Positions 45,530-60,045 of a stretch of 64,000 nt of DNA are shown in pieces. The number at the start of each line of letters is the position of its first letter. Position 1 is the stretch's first letter. A program made the translations under genes and the position numbers. Under the pieces are notes generated by a model, which was not told where the DNA came from, ran no database searches, and saw nothing but the letters and a program-made list of their open reading frames with translations. The stretch covers positions 344,534,001-344,598,000 of the forward strand of contig OZ024740.1 in assembly GCA_964016885.1 (NCBI GenBank), written 5' to 3'. Source of the DNA: Eledone cirrhosa (taxonomy: Eukaryota).

Positions 45530-45870
45530 GCGCAGTCATCAGGCCAAATTTTCCGATTACTCATGATATTGTGAGTTCGATTCCCGGACCGAGCGATGCT
45601 TCGTGTCCTTAAGCAAGAAACTTCCATTCATTTTTCTTCAGTTAACTCATCAGCTTTTGCTATAAGTTGCGACGCCATTGGTACCAAGCTGAATCGGTCT
45701 TTACTTTTCTCTTTGCTGATATCAGTGGCGTGGATAGGGGAACCCGGTATACATGGGTGGCCAATGACCTTCCGTAAAAAAAAACAACAGTTTGTTCGGG
45801 CTTGTACCTCCAAGGGTAATATTCTGGGTGCAAAACACATGGTCATTTCGTGTCTTAAGGGGGTGGAGGA
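45530..45870 (+). mobile_element. Second tRNA-derived SINE family
   Basis: B-box GAGTTCGATTCCC followed by CORE-like GTGTCCTTAAGCAAGAAACTT; boundaries approximate. Confidence 0.55.
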
Positions 45871-46250
45871 TTTAATCTTTTCATATATATATATATATGG
45901 TAAAACCCCTTTCATATCTATGAGTTGTTGAAGACGCGAACATCTTTCAATTTCTTTATTAGAAGCTTCTCATGTTTTCTAATTTGGAACAACACATTTC
46001 CGAGTTCTATAAATTTGTAAAAACTTCCAGGCTCTCTCAGTTTCATCACAAGAAAAGCTGGTTAATATTTAGTACCATTTTTACAATAGGCATATGAATA
46101 CATTAAAAGAGTATATACTGTGATAGTGGATTTGATTTTCTCTGCATACAAGAAACGAATTGTACTTGATAGAAATAAGGCATTTATAAAACAAAGGAAG
46201 GTAAATATATGAATATATTAATAGACAAAGTGGTGAAGAGAGGCATAGAC

Positions 46251-46348
<98 letters not shown>

Positions 46349-47082
46349 AAAAAAACCCAGATAGATGGAGATGCGTTAGGAAGACATATATATATATAGA
46401 GAGAGAGAAAAATGGAAGAAGAAAGAGTGAAGTAGAAAGAAAGGATTAAGAGTACAAAAAACAGTGAAGTAGATAGTACAATGAGAGGTGAATTGAACAA
46501 CGTAACGTATACTAACAAATGCAGATTTATCGTTTGAGGCGAAAGCTGCAATACCCACATATGTTTATATGTGATCTTTGTATTTATTGTGTATTTGGTG
46601 ACTAATAAATATAATAATTGGTGACGTTCTATCAGAACAAATATTAATGTCCCAGTGAACAGCCGTTAATAGTGTTCAAGATTTATTTAATTATTTGAAA
46701 AGATAATTGATTTTTACGGTGTGATAAATTTACATTGTTTTCGATATTGGTTTTAAGTGTATTTAACACATATATTTGTTTAGTTCGCTTAAACAAAGAA
46801 CAAAACGAAAAAAAAAATAAAAATACAAAATAAATAAAAGTATTAATTGTGAAAAGTTATGTTTGATATGAACTTTAGGAATACTTCCTCAATCATCTAT
46901 TTCATTATTGTAATTCTCTACACAAACACTAAATTCTCTCTTGACATTGATATTACATTTTTGTATTCTACAATTTGATTATTTCAACATCAATAATTTC
47001 CAGAAATATTTCGTAAACATTTGTATTTATAGTATTACTATTATTATTACTATTAGTATTATTATTATTATTATTATTATTA

Positions 47083-47113
<31 letters not shown>

Positions 47114-47867
47114 CATTCCATCAAAGCTGATATTTTGTTTTTATTCTGCACTTAAAAGAATGCCTTCTCTGATTATCAACATCATAGACATTTGTAAGTG
47201 CTAGTAAAGGTTGAATGTTTTAAGTAATTCAGTTTCGACCTCGCGTGGACTGAGTTCAAAATCACGTTTAGAATGAGGTGAGGAATTAATACAGCAGTAT
47301 ATTATATGAAACAATGATTTATTAATTAAATATAAAAAGCAATCAATACCGACCTCTTGGAATACAGACACGAGGCTAAATATTTTTAGTATATACAGGG
47401 TGAGCATTAATCTTTGAAACCACACAGCACACTGAGCCTTTTGTTTCATAAATGCCATTTTGTTATTGAAATTACAAATAATTCATATAGAAGAGAAAAT
47501 GTTCAGAAAATGTTCAGAAAACTTTAAACTTTGAATTTATATATTAAAATAAGGAAAAAATCAAATAGTAACCGAGATATCGTATTTTATAATCAGGGGA
47601 AGATTTTATGCTCACCCTCTATGATATCTAATTAGGAGATCTAGTCACGAAGTAGTAGAACATTCATTTTCTCATTTAAAAGAACCATTCACATTATCTC
47701 AATAGAAAGTATACATTTACATGCTGTTTAAGATTGCTAACATTATTGCTTGGAAACGTTACTGTTTGAATTAATGGGATTATTGAAAATTGATAAGGGA
47801 TTTTGTCTAGGTTCTGCTGTTGTTGAGTATATATTTAAGAAATACGCGCTTAATAAATGTATATATG

Positions 47868-47957
<90 letters not shown>

Positions 47958-47984
47958 CATGTAGTCCCTTCAGGTAGAGCCGCT

Positions 47985-48265
47985 ACCTCTCCGAATTGAG
48001 ATAACATAGTTACGGTACTACGGACATTTGGTCAGAATGTCTAAGAAAAGGATTGCTGGACAGAATTTACAGGCAAAACCAAATGACAGGAGACCCAAAT
48101 GTTGACATCGGGCAAGATAGTTGGATAACATTCACGAGCTCGGGTGGCCTCGCTTGGGGATCCAGTTCGATTAATTAGAGACTGTTGCTTCTGACACGAC
48201 CCACTGGTAGGTGTGTTTGATGACTTTACCCCCCACGAACGTCGCAGGAATGAATGGACAAAGAG
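47985..48265 (+). mobile_element. RTE-like LINE 3' fragment
   Basis: LRYYGHLVRM..RIA....RRP....R(W*)LDNI. Confidence 0.6.
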
Positions 48266-50099
48266 AAGAAGAAGAAACAGAAACAGAAAAAGAAAAAGGA
48301 AAAAGAAGAATTTACATTCCCATTGGAATGAGTAATGAGCTATATGTAGTAAATAACATCGCCGAATAAGAATTTAAAAAAAACATTTCCTCGAAAAGTA
48401 TATAAATCACTGATAATGTATACACGTTTGTTATAAACAATTATTACTGATATGTTTAGAAGGCAAAAGAAAAACACACCTGCTGCTAATAATTAAATAA
48501 TAATCCACTTTTTTCATAGCGAGGAAAAAAAAGTGATGTAATTAATCATGTGTGTGAGAAATATTTTCAAACTTTTTGTTGAATTGATATATTATGTTTC
48601 TACCTTGTTGTAAACTTGAATAGAGAATTTTATACTCTTAATTTCTATTGTAAATTGTTACATAGCTGTTGATAAATTTGATTTCGTTTGACTCCCAAGT
48701 AAACAGCGTTATTTCATCGACTTAAGACACGTGAAAATTAAACGGAAACCCGATAAGATTTGAACTATAAAATATAGGATGAAAGAAAATTGTAGGAAAG
48801 TATTAGTTCCCGATTATATAAAGCATTATATAAAACCTGTTGCTCTACATCACTTTATGATTATAAAGCTCCGGTTTTTAAGAGAAATTGATGCAGGAAG
48901 CCGAATAGTACAATGTCATACTTTCATGAACATTTTAATGATTAAGGGAATGTAACTTTCTTACCGTTTCAAAAGGTCAGGGAAAGTACGGGTGGGAAAA
49001 TGTTTATTTAAATATTTTCTAAATTGTAAAACGTTTTAGGAAAACTTATTTTAGATTATCATTCAAACGCGTTAAATTGAGTGTGAGGAAACAAGTTATA
49101 CACGATATTACAATTTACAAACTAATAAAACACTGGATTAAACATTTGTATTCTATCTATCAATCTATATTTCTATTCCACAGATACGTGTACCCTTAAC
49201 GTAATTCTCAGGGAGATTCAGCGTGGCATAGTGTGACAAGGCTGGCTCTTTGAATTATAAAAGTATCTTCCTCGAGAACACATCTATCTATGAATACAGT
49301 GTTGGCTGAAAAAATCTATAGATTTATTCTATAGTACAGAATAACATTTTACTAAGGACCTAAGTAAATATTTTTTTTGTTTGTATGTTTTTTATGCCCC
49401 CCGAAGCTATTGTATGTAAAGACAAGCTGTTGAGATCAAGTGTTGCTAAACAAATCTATAGTTACATACCTACAGCATTGAAACAAATCATTTAATTGTC
49501 TCTAGGTGTGTTCGACACATGCGGGACAAATGTTATTTCCTTTTTACTTTACATTCTCGTTTTTTTACGAACCATATCGTCTCCTTTAACTTAGATTATA
49601 AACAAGATGACATCCTAGAGTTGACATGGTTCGTGATGCTCTTTTGGCAGGTTGTCTTCCACCTAATACAGTCAACAAAAGACTCCTCATATTCCGTTGT
49701 TTGTATTCTAATAACATTCAGCTTATTCTTGTATCTAATAATGCTCCGTAAGTTTCGTACTCCTGTCTAACGTTTGCCATTATGAAAATAATTTTCGGCA
49801 GTCTTTCATCCCTCGTTCCAGCAAGAATATATACTGGAAGAGATAGAGATTTTACAAACATTAATTGTTTTGTTCTAAATAGACAGTCAGGATGATCATC
49901 TTCTCTTGTATCCATTTGTTACTGATCCATGTGCACTGGAGCCTGTTGTATCGATCTCAAAGTACTGAAACTACGGTCGACTGTTGAGAGGGGACTGTCA
50001 TACATACACGCACACATATACGCACGCACACACACACACATATATATATATAAATGTGTGTGTGTATGTATGTGTGCGTGCGTATGTGTGCGTGTAGGT

Positions 50100-50900
50100 T
50101 ACAGAGTTCATCGAGGACATTTGCATAAATTTCCTAAAAGACATATAAGTAATGAAAGAAGATATTTATTACAAAGTAAATAGCCGGAGTCAGGTTGAAT
50201 CTTAGCGGAACGCGCGTATTCAATGATTCCACCGCTATTAACGAGGGCTGCTTCAAACGTTGACATGCCCGAATCAGCTGAGCCTTATTAATGCTAGACA
50301 CAACCCTCGCAAAAAACCTCCTTATAGTCAGCAGCACTACCACTTAATCACTGAAGAAATACGGTAAGAGACTTACCATCTCCTTCATTGTTCACGGCAC
50401 CCAGAACCATCACAGTTGCCGGGAACTGTGTGTGCATGATGGGTAGAACCTCTATAGGGTCTGTGCATAACCATCTGTCATTATTTCGGAATCCCGCCGA
50501 GGTTGACTTTGCCTTTCATCCTTACGGGGTCGATAAAATAAAGTACCAGTAATGCACTGGGTTATTGTTGGCTTTGTGCCAAAAGTAGAAACAATTATTT
50601 CGGTTGACATTCAGATCCTGAGCAAAGGTTTTCTCATCAGAAAAAGAAAGAAAGCATTCCAGGCTCCTGTGTTTTGTGCGGTTATCTTTTGTCTTTAAAC
50701 ACATGAATTCAACACTCGACATCACATATGACTTCTATCGAAGTTCCCTTGCACAATTCCTCTGATGGCGTGCCTTAAAATCTTTAGCTTCTTAACAATG
50801 ACACTATTTGAATGTAGGTTTTCTGATGATGTTATAGGAACATTTAGCATGGGATTATCGTTTGGCTGCTGCTGTAGTATCTCCATTACTGGCTTCCAGC
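50100..50900 (-). mobile_element. Tc1/mariner-superfamily transposon relic, interrupted by a SINE
   Basis: FSDEKTFAQDLNVNRNN joins across the SINE to RNNDRWLC..HTQFPATVMVLGAVNNEG; ends approximate. Confidence 0.7.
50490..50593 (+). mobile_element. 5'-truncated SINE A
   Basis: 10-bp TSD ATTATTTCGG at 50480-50489 and 50594-50603. Confidence 0.88.
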
Positions 50901-50943
50901 TTTTTGCAAACTTTCACGAAAATGACCGAAACAGAAACACACA

Positions 50944-50990
<47 letters not shown>

Positions 50991-50991
50991 G

Positions 50992-51177
50992 ATGTAATCT
51001 GAGTTTTTCGAATATTAATAGTAACATTCGATTCATTTGCAATCTGTGTACATGCCAACACAAGAGCAAGAATGAAGGGTTCATTCTACTGACATGGCTT
51101 TAAAAATGAGAGGATCGTTTGCATAATTGCAAACGAATTGAATGTTATTATTAATATTCGAAAAACTCAGATTACAT
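50992..51177. repeat. 52-bp inverted repeat (50992-51043 and 51126-51177)
   Basis: ATGTAATCTGAGTTTTTCGAATATTAAT... versus ...ATTAATATTCGAAAAACTCAGATTACAT; few mismatches; cassette lies between TA tracts. Confidence 0.85.
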
Positions 51178-51286
51178 TTATTGTATTCAGCCATGGAGAG
51201 CGAAAATAAAATCTGTTATATATATATATAGTAATAATAAATGTGAAGACTAAAACCCGATATATATATATATATACATATATATA

Positions 51287-51341
<55 letters not shown>

Positions 51342-51360
51342 ATATATATATGGAAATAGG

Positions 51361-51469
51361 AAAAGAGTCAGGACCACGATGGCTGAGCTCCGGCCGTTTC
51401 GACAGCTAGATAGTTCGGATCTAGCTGCCGAGACGGCCGGAGCTTAGGTGTCGAAGTCCTGACGCTTTT
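51361..51469. repeat. GC-rich foldback built from a family 1 hammerhead-like motif
   Basis: AAAAGAGTCAGGAC..TGAGCTCCGGCCGTTTCGACAGCTAGAT agttcgg ATCTAGCTGCCGAGACGGCCGGAGCTTA..GTCCTGACGCTTTT. Confidence 0.8.
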
Positions 51470-51539
51470 CACACTCTAGAATACTCTGGTGCATTAGGGT
51501 GCACCTGGTTTCTTACTAGACTTTCTTTGTTATATATAT

Positions 51540-51870
51540 ATGGAATTCATATATTGTTTCATATGTAGGAATAACAACATTACATACCTAGGTGAAACAG
51601 CCCCTAGTATAGTAGAAATGATAAGTGAACACTCTCGAGAACTCCAGGATGGGAAAAACTCATTAGTACTCCACCAACATGCCAAAATAGAACAGGAGCA
51701 CATTAGAGAACATAGAGATAAAAAGTATATCCACGGACAGAAAAGATGCAATGCTCAGACAAATCAAAGACGCGACAAACATAAAGGATCTCCAACAAAA
51801 AATGAACAGAAAACGAATGGAATAGCAACATCACAACTAGTAATTAAGGACAAACTGCCTAGCTTTTCAT
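51540..51870 (+). mobile_element. Penelope-like GIY-YIG fragment (same family as 23990-24868)
   Basis: C..C..ITYLGETAPSIVEMISEH..LVLHQHAKIE. Confidence 0.8.
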
Positions 51871-52127
51871 GATTTGTTTCCTAGTGCCATATTTATACTT
51901 ATATATATATATATTTTCTTCACAAAATGGCGGAATGGATACAATTGCTTTTTCTTAAAATATTTATTCTGTTCCTTCCTATTGCCCCTCAGTATCTTTA
52001 TATATCATACTATCTTCTGTTAAAGGACTAGTGTTCGAAACCTAAAGAATCATTTCTAACGAACGTTAACCTGATATATTTCTTTATTATGATGTGCTGT
52101 TTGCATTTTGTTTCCTTTTACGCCTTG

Positions 52128-52190
<63 letters not shown>

Positions 52191-53039
52191 ATGTGCGTGT
52201 GCGTGTGTATAAACAGAGAAATATCGAGAGAAAGAGAAAGGCTGAGAAGGAGATAGACATACATACATGTTTTACACGATTTATAAATCTATGCATTCAG
52301 ACGTATATCGGCTATTCTCTTCAGCAGGTTGAGAAGTATTAACGAATAACAGCTGAAAGATTTAAATGCCACTTGTCGGTCTCAGCTGGTCATATGGCCT
52401 ATGATATCAAATGGCTTCCCTCATGCATCATCTGCGTCTGCTTTAAATTTCACAAACATGAATTCGCCCATGTACCAAGATGCCGAAATTCTATACGCAT
52501 TTGTGTTAACACTTTTGGGTGGATTGACAGATGTTGGTTCGTTCCTCTAACCGAGTTTGTAAAGACGTTATATATTTTTGTTAGCTTGTGTTTGACAACG
52601 GGTTTCCATATGACCTTTGTATTTTCTACGTTTTTAATTAAAAAAGGTATTGATAAATTATTTATATCCACCGGAAGGACGAATTTCAAATGTTATATCA
52701 GCGGTATTTTTGATGAGAGTGTAAACAATGAAGGAAATATTATTCTAGCGAACCTAATAATGCACCACCTTATAAAATATTTAATCTCCCTTATAACATT
52801 CAAACAAAATGTACTTGGTTTTCTGCTGTAGATAATTTTCACACTATTAAAAAACACAATACTAATTTGTTGCAATTTAATGAAGGCTAAAATATAGCAA
52901 CAGGCAAAAGAAACTTCATAGAGTTCTGAATCGTGGCAGGTAAAAGATTTAAAAGAGTGCTTGCTATCTGGATAATACTCTCTCCAGACCCAGCAGTCTC
53001 GATGAAGCGGTAAGCTACCGGTTGTCAAAGGCTTTGGAT

Positions 53040-53700
53040 GCTTTTGTTTAGTTGGAAAAGCGCCTGTGATCCCAGTCAGATGTCAGTGTGCGGCCGAAGG
53101 TTGAACTGTATTAAGTGTGTATTTACAACATGCTGTATTTTTGTGATACATGGACAACCTCCTATGGGAATATCCAGCGCCTCGAACATTTCCACCAACA
53201 ATACTTGCACTCCATCCTCAAGTTCTCATGGGTTTCATTCACCCGGCACTGATGTGCTGCAGCGGGTTTGTCTACCAAGAATCGTCAACATGATCATGAA
53301 ATGGCGTCTCTGGTGGTTAGGTCACATAGTATGCCTATAGGACAGCAGAAAAGCGAAACAAGTATTGTATGGAGCACTGTTGCACGGCAAATGCCTGCAG
53401 TGCGAATCATAAAAGCGGTTTAAAGACTGCCTGAAAGTTACGCCGAAGAAAGTCAACATCAACTCAAAAATATGTGAAAATATTGTGACAGACAGAACCC
53501 ATATAAATAGTCCCTATGCATTTTGATTTTGCATGTGGAATCCGTGCCAAAGTGCCATTCTGCAGTATGACAAAACATACCCCGCCAATCAAACTCAAGC
53601 AATAGGAAAAAATACCTTCACTCTGTGTGGTATGACATGTAAGACATTTGATGGTTCGGTAAGCCATCTATGGCAGCATAAACGACAGCTACATCAATAA
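53040..53700 (+). mobile_element. RTE-clade LINE 3' fragment
   Basis: RLWWLGHIVCL*DSRKAKQVLYGAL..G....KRFKDCLK. Confidence 0.7.
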
Positions 53701-53756
53701 TGCGATTCTGCCAATGGCTGTTTTTTTATTTGAAGAAGTGGCTGCCATTGGCAGAA

Positions 53757-53879
53757 TGTTTAGATTGCGGGTTTGGCTTGCAGACAATGCATTTCCTATC
53801 AGCACAGGGGGATCTTTGAAATGGGTATGTTTTACTAATTAGGGGTTTTATTGGAATACCTGGAAACGAGTTAACTTTC
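53757..53879 (-). mobile_element. Short Penelope-like linker fragment
   Basis: PGIPIKPLISKTYPFQRSPCADRKCIVCKPNPQ, homologous to [24 protein letters not shown] at 24650-24760. Confidence 0.75.
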
Positions 53880-53894
53880 ATTATATATATTGAC

Positions 53895-54450
53895 GCCATG
53901 CTTTCCAGCATAGTTACGTCCTTTTACGATCTGAGTTCAAATCCCGCCGAGGTTGACTTTGCCTTTCATCCTTACGGGGTCGATAAAATAAAGTACCAGT
54001 AATGCACTGGGTATTTGCTGGCCTTGTGCCTAAAGTAGAAACAATTATATATATTGACGGTGGATTGGCAGTATCGGTCGAGGTCGGACGCCATGCTTTC
54101 TAGCATAGTTACGTCCCTTTATGATCTGAGTTCAAATCCCACCGAGGTTAACTTTGCCATTCATCCTTACGGGATCGATAAAATAAAGTACCAGTAATGC
54201 ACTGGATTAATTGCTGGCCTTGTGACAAAAGTAGGAACAATTATATATATTGACAGTATTGGTAGAACGTCGGACAGCATACTCTATGCAATAGGGTTCC
54301 GGTCTTTAAGTTCTGAGTTAAATCCCGCTGAGGTTAGCTTTATCCCACATCCCTACAGGGTCGATAAATTAGGTACCAGTAATGCACTAGGGTGGATTTC
54401 ATCGACTTTCCCTCTCCACCAAAATTGTTGGCTTTGTACCTAAATCAGAA
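53895..54450 (+). mobile_element. Stack of three SINE A copies (53895-54043, 54059-54239, older 54255-54450)
   Basis: ATTATATATATTGAC repeated at 53880-53894, 54044-54058 and 54240-54254. Confidence 0.88.
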
Positions 54451-54470
54451 AAAAATTATATATATATATA

Positions 54471-54519
<49 letters not shown>

Positions 54520-54523
<4 letters not shown>

Positions 54524-54718
54524 CGGCGATGAATTTGTATTGCGCATTGCGAGGTTTTCGATATGAAATCGTGTGTCGAAACAAACATTGTTATACTTGG
54601 GGAGGGTCATATTTTTGTAATAATATTGCCAGAAATAATAACAGAACACACTCACTGTTTGGTTGGTTTTCGCTTCTGTATCTTGCAATATTATTACAAC
54701 AATATGACCCTCCCCAAG

Positions 54719-54722
<4 letters not shown>
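54520..54722 (+). repeat. TA-embedded cassette with family 2 motif and a terminal inverted repeat of about 45 bp
   Basis: TATACTTGGGGAGGGTCATATTTTTGTAATAATATTGC (from 54592) versus GCAATATTATTACAACAATATGACCCTCCCCAAGTATA (to 54722). Confidence 0.8.
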
Positions 54723-54773
<51 letters not shown>

Positions 54774-55057
54774 GCAAGCACACACAAAAACACACGCATA
54801 CACTCATGATGTGGGGGGGGGCAAGTATGTGTAAGTACATGAAACTAAAACAAATATATTGCACATAAATGAGTTTCAGTATTAAACAGCAATGTTGTTC
54901 ATACTGTGATATTGCACGAGGTCCTTCAAAATGGGGGCATGCGAGGAATCACCCGCAGACAGTACCGTAACATGTTTTCTATGATATTTACATTGTAAAT
55001 GAACGAAAAATCTAAGTTTAAGAGAAAAATCATAACAGTTACACACACGCATACACA

Positions 55058-55127
<70 letters not shown>

Positions 55128-57039
55128 CACACATATATATATATATATACAAACATAAATACACACATATAGGTAGGAATATAGAATGTCGGATATATAG
55201 ATTGAGAGAAATTGTATGAATTTTTGTGTATGAGTTTGTGTGCGTATGTATGGGTTTGTGTGAATGTATGTAATAAATTGTTAAAGAAAGCAAACTTTAA
55301 ATAAAACCTTGAAATGTGCCTCCAGGGTAGATGTACGTGCAGAAATCTTATGTCAGGTGGAATATTCTAGTTATTTTCTGGTTAGCTTTCTTTGAAAAAT
55401 GTTTGTACTTCACTTTAAGTTTGTGTTTTTATTTTTCTGCTCTTCTACGTTTCTGTTTTTCGTTTTCAGTAAATGTGCATATGTGTGCTTGCGTGTATCT
55501 CTCTATCTGTGTGCATGTGTTTTATGTCTATGTATTTTAATTTTTTTCCCATTCTCAGTACGGTCGGTTTAAAATTCCCAAAGGCCTACGTTTTGAAATA
55601 ACTATCACCCCATGGATTTATTTATTTTTCCTCAATGCGTCTTCCCTGATGGGATTTAATCAGGAAGCAAAACACATGTGCAGTTAGTTTGTTGTTGGAC
55701 AATATGTATATGTGTGTGCGAATTCTTTATTTCCAGTTTACCAATGAAAATGTGCGTTTGTATACATTTATACACAGGCACATACAAACACACGTACAAT
55801 AATATGCACACAGAAATACAACACCTACGCACTAGGAATCACATTGACTTATATATTTAAAATATTTTATAAAACTGGATACTTTGTATACTTAATCTTA
55901 TCGTTTAATTGGTTTATTTACGTTTATCGTATTTTTCTTTGTTTTCTTAAATATTTAATTCTATATTTACTTATTTTCTTTTTTTTATTTATATTTTCAT
56001 TCTGTATATTTTCTGTCTGAATGCAATTCCGAATCACAGCACTTGCGGCACTATATGTAGCCTAAAAAAACACGTTTTAATCGATAATGGAATCTTAGTG
56101 TTGACCGGTCACATATACAGAATATGAATGCATAGCCAACAAGAAAGTTTTTACGTGACAGCTGTACCTATTAAACATAACAGCCAGTTCTCACTGAAAT
56201 TACGCCCTACAGATTTGAATAGGAAGGAACAAATTGAATAATGCCGATTATGATCTTTAATCTCCGGAAATACAATAAATGGATGTATATTGTTGAAACA
56301 CATTTGACATAATGACAATGACATGGCATAGGTAAAACAGCTGATTTGCCCGGACGGAATTCCCATTTTCCTCTCTCAACAGCAAAGATATTGGAGGCAG
56401 GAAGACTGCTAGATGAAGTGCACTGATCTTGTACTCACTTATCTTTGGATAATATACTGGTTATATGACAAGTGCTGGCTGCAGCGTAATCATCGCCCAA
56501 GTAGATACATGCTACGTTTGAACTAATGTGTCTATAGTACGTCTGCTCAATCAGAGTAAACTATTGCTAAAAAATATACCGTTATAACTGAACACAAATC
56601 CAAACTACCCCTTAGAATATGTCCCGTAATAATTTAAGGTTCAATCCTATTAAAAACGGAGACCGACAATGTAATGAGATCGTTAAACCAGATTATACAC
56701 TCCCTTTAGTATAATTGTTTATTTAATTTATATATATATATAGATAGATAGATAGATATCGATATGATCTGATGTTTACACTCTACTAATGTATTAAGTA
56801 CCTTACTTACTGTGGTTACCCCGCATTGTACCCGGGACTCACACACAAGCACACACGCACACCCACAGAACACCTCATTCATCCAGTAGGAGCCTGCTAT
56901 AATGTAATTGATTATCATATATAGTGGCCCTGTCGCTATCGACTACCTGAGATATGTTCTATAGCAGGCGCCGCACCTTCGACGAAATATTTTCACAGCG
57001 ACAGGTATGGCAAAAACCGTCGTTTTTTGCCAAGGGTGT

Positions 57040-57815
57040 ATACTCGATTTGTTAACCTCGAAAAAGCATAACCACAGATGTTCTTATGGAAGATTCTGCA
57101 GGCGTATGGGATCGATGGACCGCTTCATGTTGACCTGATGTTTCTATATGAGTGCTGTAGTGTGTGTGTTTGGATAAATGGTGGAGATTTAGTCGAAACC
57201 ATCCAATGTGAGATTCGGCCTTCGCCAAGGCTGCGTGCTGTCACCTCTCCTGTTCGTAATCTATATGGATAGTAGTGACAGGTGCAGCCTGATTTGAAGG
57301 GGTATCTAGACTGGCGGGTGTAGAGTCAATTGGCAGTAATTTACGGATGACCTGCGACTACTTAACCCGCCAGAAGACGATTTATGATAGGTTCGGTGCC
57401 AAGTGAACATCGGTGCTGTGAAGAGTGAGACATTGATACTCACAAACAAGCCTGGGCAGTGCACCCTGCATGTGAATGGAGTTCCAGTGAAACAAATGGG
57501 TAATTTCAAGGAGCTTGTGGTTGTGCTCACGAGTGGTAGAACGCAGGATGGCGAATTATTTGCAAACATTTCATAGGTCATTGCGGTAAAGCACCAACGT
57601 CAGCATTCGTCTTCAGAAGAAGGGAGAACGTGTAAAATTCAAAATTGCTATCTTCAATTCGGTATTCGTGCTAACTCTTACTTATGGTCAAGAATCTTGG
57701 GTAATGATCGAAAAAATACGACTATAAATACAGGCGGCCATAATTAGGCTCCTTTGAAGGGTCTGTGGTATACGTCACTCGATAGAAAGCGTAGCTCGGT
57801 GATCAGTGTCACTCC
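57040..57815 (+). mobile_element. RTE-like LINE reverse transcriptase fragment (decayed)
   Basis: LEKA..LWKILQAYGIDG; GLRQGCVLSPLLFVIYMD; FTDDL; LTYGQESWVM. Confidence 0.8.
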
Positions 57816-58769
57816 AAGTAGAATTTACAATTTTCTACGTGCAAAATATTTTATGTCAGAAAACTAAAATTCATATTACAGATTTCATTAATTATACTTT
57901 ATATATGGTCTTCTGAGTATCCGCTAATTTTATTTTATTTTTGAATGAGAAGCATGATGGTCAAAACATCGAGTTGTGCGCCAAAAACATGTATGTGCGT
58001 ATTAAGTTTTGTGAATGTTAATAAGTGCAGAAAATACATATAATACTTATAAGGAAATTAATTTTTTGCAACTACACTTTTGTAATAATTAAATCATTTT
58101 TTTTCTGTTCACCCAGATCATAAGTTGTGATAAAATATGTCAATTTGTGAATGTGACATGTGACACATGGCGTTAACGATTTAAATTTTATAATCAGCAG
58201 AGGTAGAAACGGCAAAATGCTTGAGTAGATAGATCTCATTATCACACTCTCTATGTTCCATGTCCCTATTTCCACTTTTGTTCTATTGAAATGAATTCAT
58301 TTCCTATCGAGGTCAACGTATCGTTTCATATCACAGGTCTGATCTAAAAACTATGTACTCATTTCAGACAGAATTTAACTACTTCGTTTAAATAAACATC
58401 TCTTCCATGCAAAGTTCTGTATTGGATTTAGGTCTTTCCAATCTATGTCACGGGATAACGGTACAGATACGAATGCCTTGCTCATCGATATTTACACTGT
58501 CATTAGAAATATATATCTTTTATATGAATGTTATAAAACTGAAACAAATATTTTATTCGAATATAGGCGCTACGCTACAATGTTTGCGCGAGTAAACAAG
58601 TGATTATGACGACACCACTTCTCAGGTAATTAAGGATGACAGGTAAATACGACTTTAGCTGGATTTAGAGTAACATTGCAACTATCTAAATTATCCAATT
58701 AAACATCATATATTTTCACGTCGTTATAGGGATTCTGCTGATTAACGAACCAATTTGAAACAAATATTA

Positions 58770-60045
58770 TTTGTTTCTACTTTAGGCACAAGGCCAGCAA
58801 TTACCCAGTGCATTACTGGTACTTTATTTTATCGACCCCGTAAGGATGAAAGGCAAAGTCAACCTCGGCGGGATTTGAACTCAGATAATGAATGACGATA
58901 TTATTGCAAATTAATTCTTTTTAATTTAGGTTTGAGGTCTGTAACCTCGCAGAAAATGGCAAGTCTATTATATTCAACATTAGTACTTGATTCATGCTCT
59001 AATTTACGGAATCTGGAAAGAATGAAAATCGTATTTATCCACGGTGAAATTGTATTACAATTGTATAGAGCTGTAACAAATACAGCCAATAATTACGTTC
59101 GACGCTGTAATAATTCTGCCTATAAAATAATTATTCGTATATTTGCACAAAGCTATTACATTTGTGTCGATGGCACAATCAATTATAACAAATTAGCATA
59201 TTATTTAAACGAACCCAGAAAATTGAAAGGAAGAGTTAACCTGAGCATTATTTGAACTCAGAACATAATGGCCCGTAGCTAAATGCTGCACATCTTTTTA
59301 TCTGATACTCTTACAATTCCATCTTTAAAATAATTGATTCTACTTTAGGCACAAGGCCAGCAATTACCCAGTGCATTACTGGTACTTTATTTTATCGACC
59401 CCGTAAGGATGAAAGGCAAAGTAAACCTAGGCGGGATTTGAATTCAGATCATAAAGGGACGTAACTATGCTGGAAAGCATGGCGTCCGACCCTCTACCGA
59501 TACTGCCAATCCACCACCTTTAAAATAATTGTTTCTACTATTGGCACAAGGCCAGAAATTACCCAGTACATTACTGGTACTTTATTTTATCGACCCAGTA
59601 AGGATGAAAGGCAAAGTTAACCTCGGCGGGTTTTGAACTCAGAATGGCAAGGGCCGTAAATCTATGCGTCAAAGCCTGGCGTCCGACCCTCTACCGATAC
59701 TGCCAATCCACCACCTTTAAAATAATGCAATCTAATATAATCTTGAAAATTGAATGGTTTGACGAGAACAACAAATAAAGATAAGAAAATTAAATCGACA
59801 GAATATTTCAATGTCATTATCCAGAATACTAAAATGCGCAAAGAAATCCACGCGTAGTATCAGATGCAAATTTTCTAAATAATTGTTTCTACTTTTTGGC
59901 ACAATGCCAGCAATTTCCCAGTATAATTACTGGTACTTTATTTTATCGACCCCATAAGGATGAAAGGCAAAGTTAACCTCGGCGGGATTTGAACTTAGAT
60001 CGTAAAGGGACGTAACTACGCTGGAAAGCATGTCCGATACTGCCA
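58770..60045 (-). mobile_element. Cluster of SINE A copies (58770-58886, older 59210-59322, 59335-59517, 59530-59714, 59884-60044)
   Basis: Near-identical cores; TSDs CTTTAAAATAAT three times and AATTTTCTAAATAAT twice. Confidence 0.88.

Noticed and set aside
52013-52048. Eroded hammerhead TCTT-CTGTTAA-A-GGAC-tagt-GTTC-GAAA-CC-TA-AAGA downstream of a GIY-YIG fragment
   Set aside because: Topology fits, but A6 and G8 are lost without compensation and helix III is absent; at most a dead relic.
52373-53028. 152-aa and overlapping ORFs as a host exon
   Set aside because: No recognisable domain or splice context; possibly old TE debris.
59323-59726. CRISPR-like repeat-spacer appearance
   Set aside because: Short repeats are TSDs and the spacers are homologous SINE copies; eukaryotic context, no cas genes.
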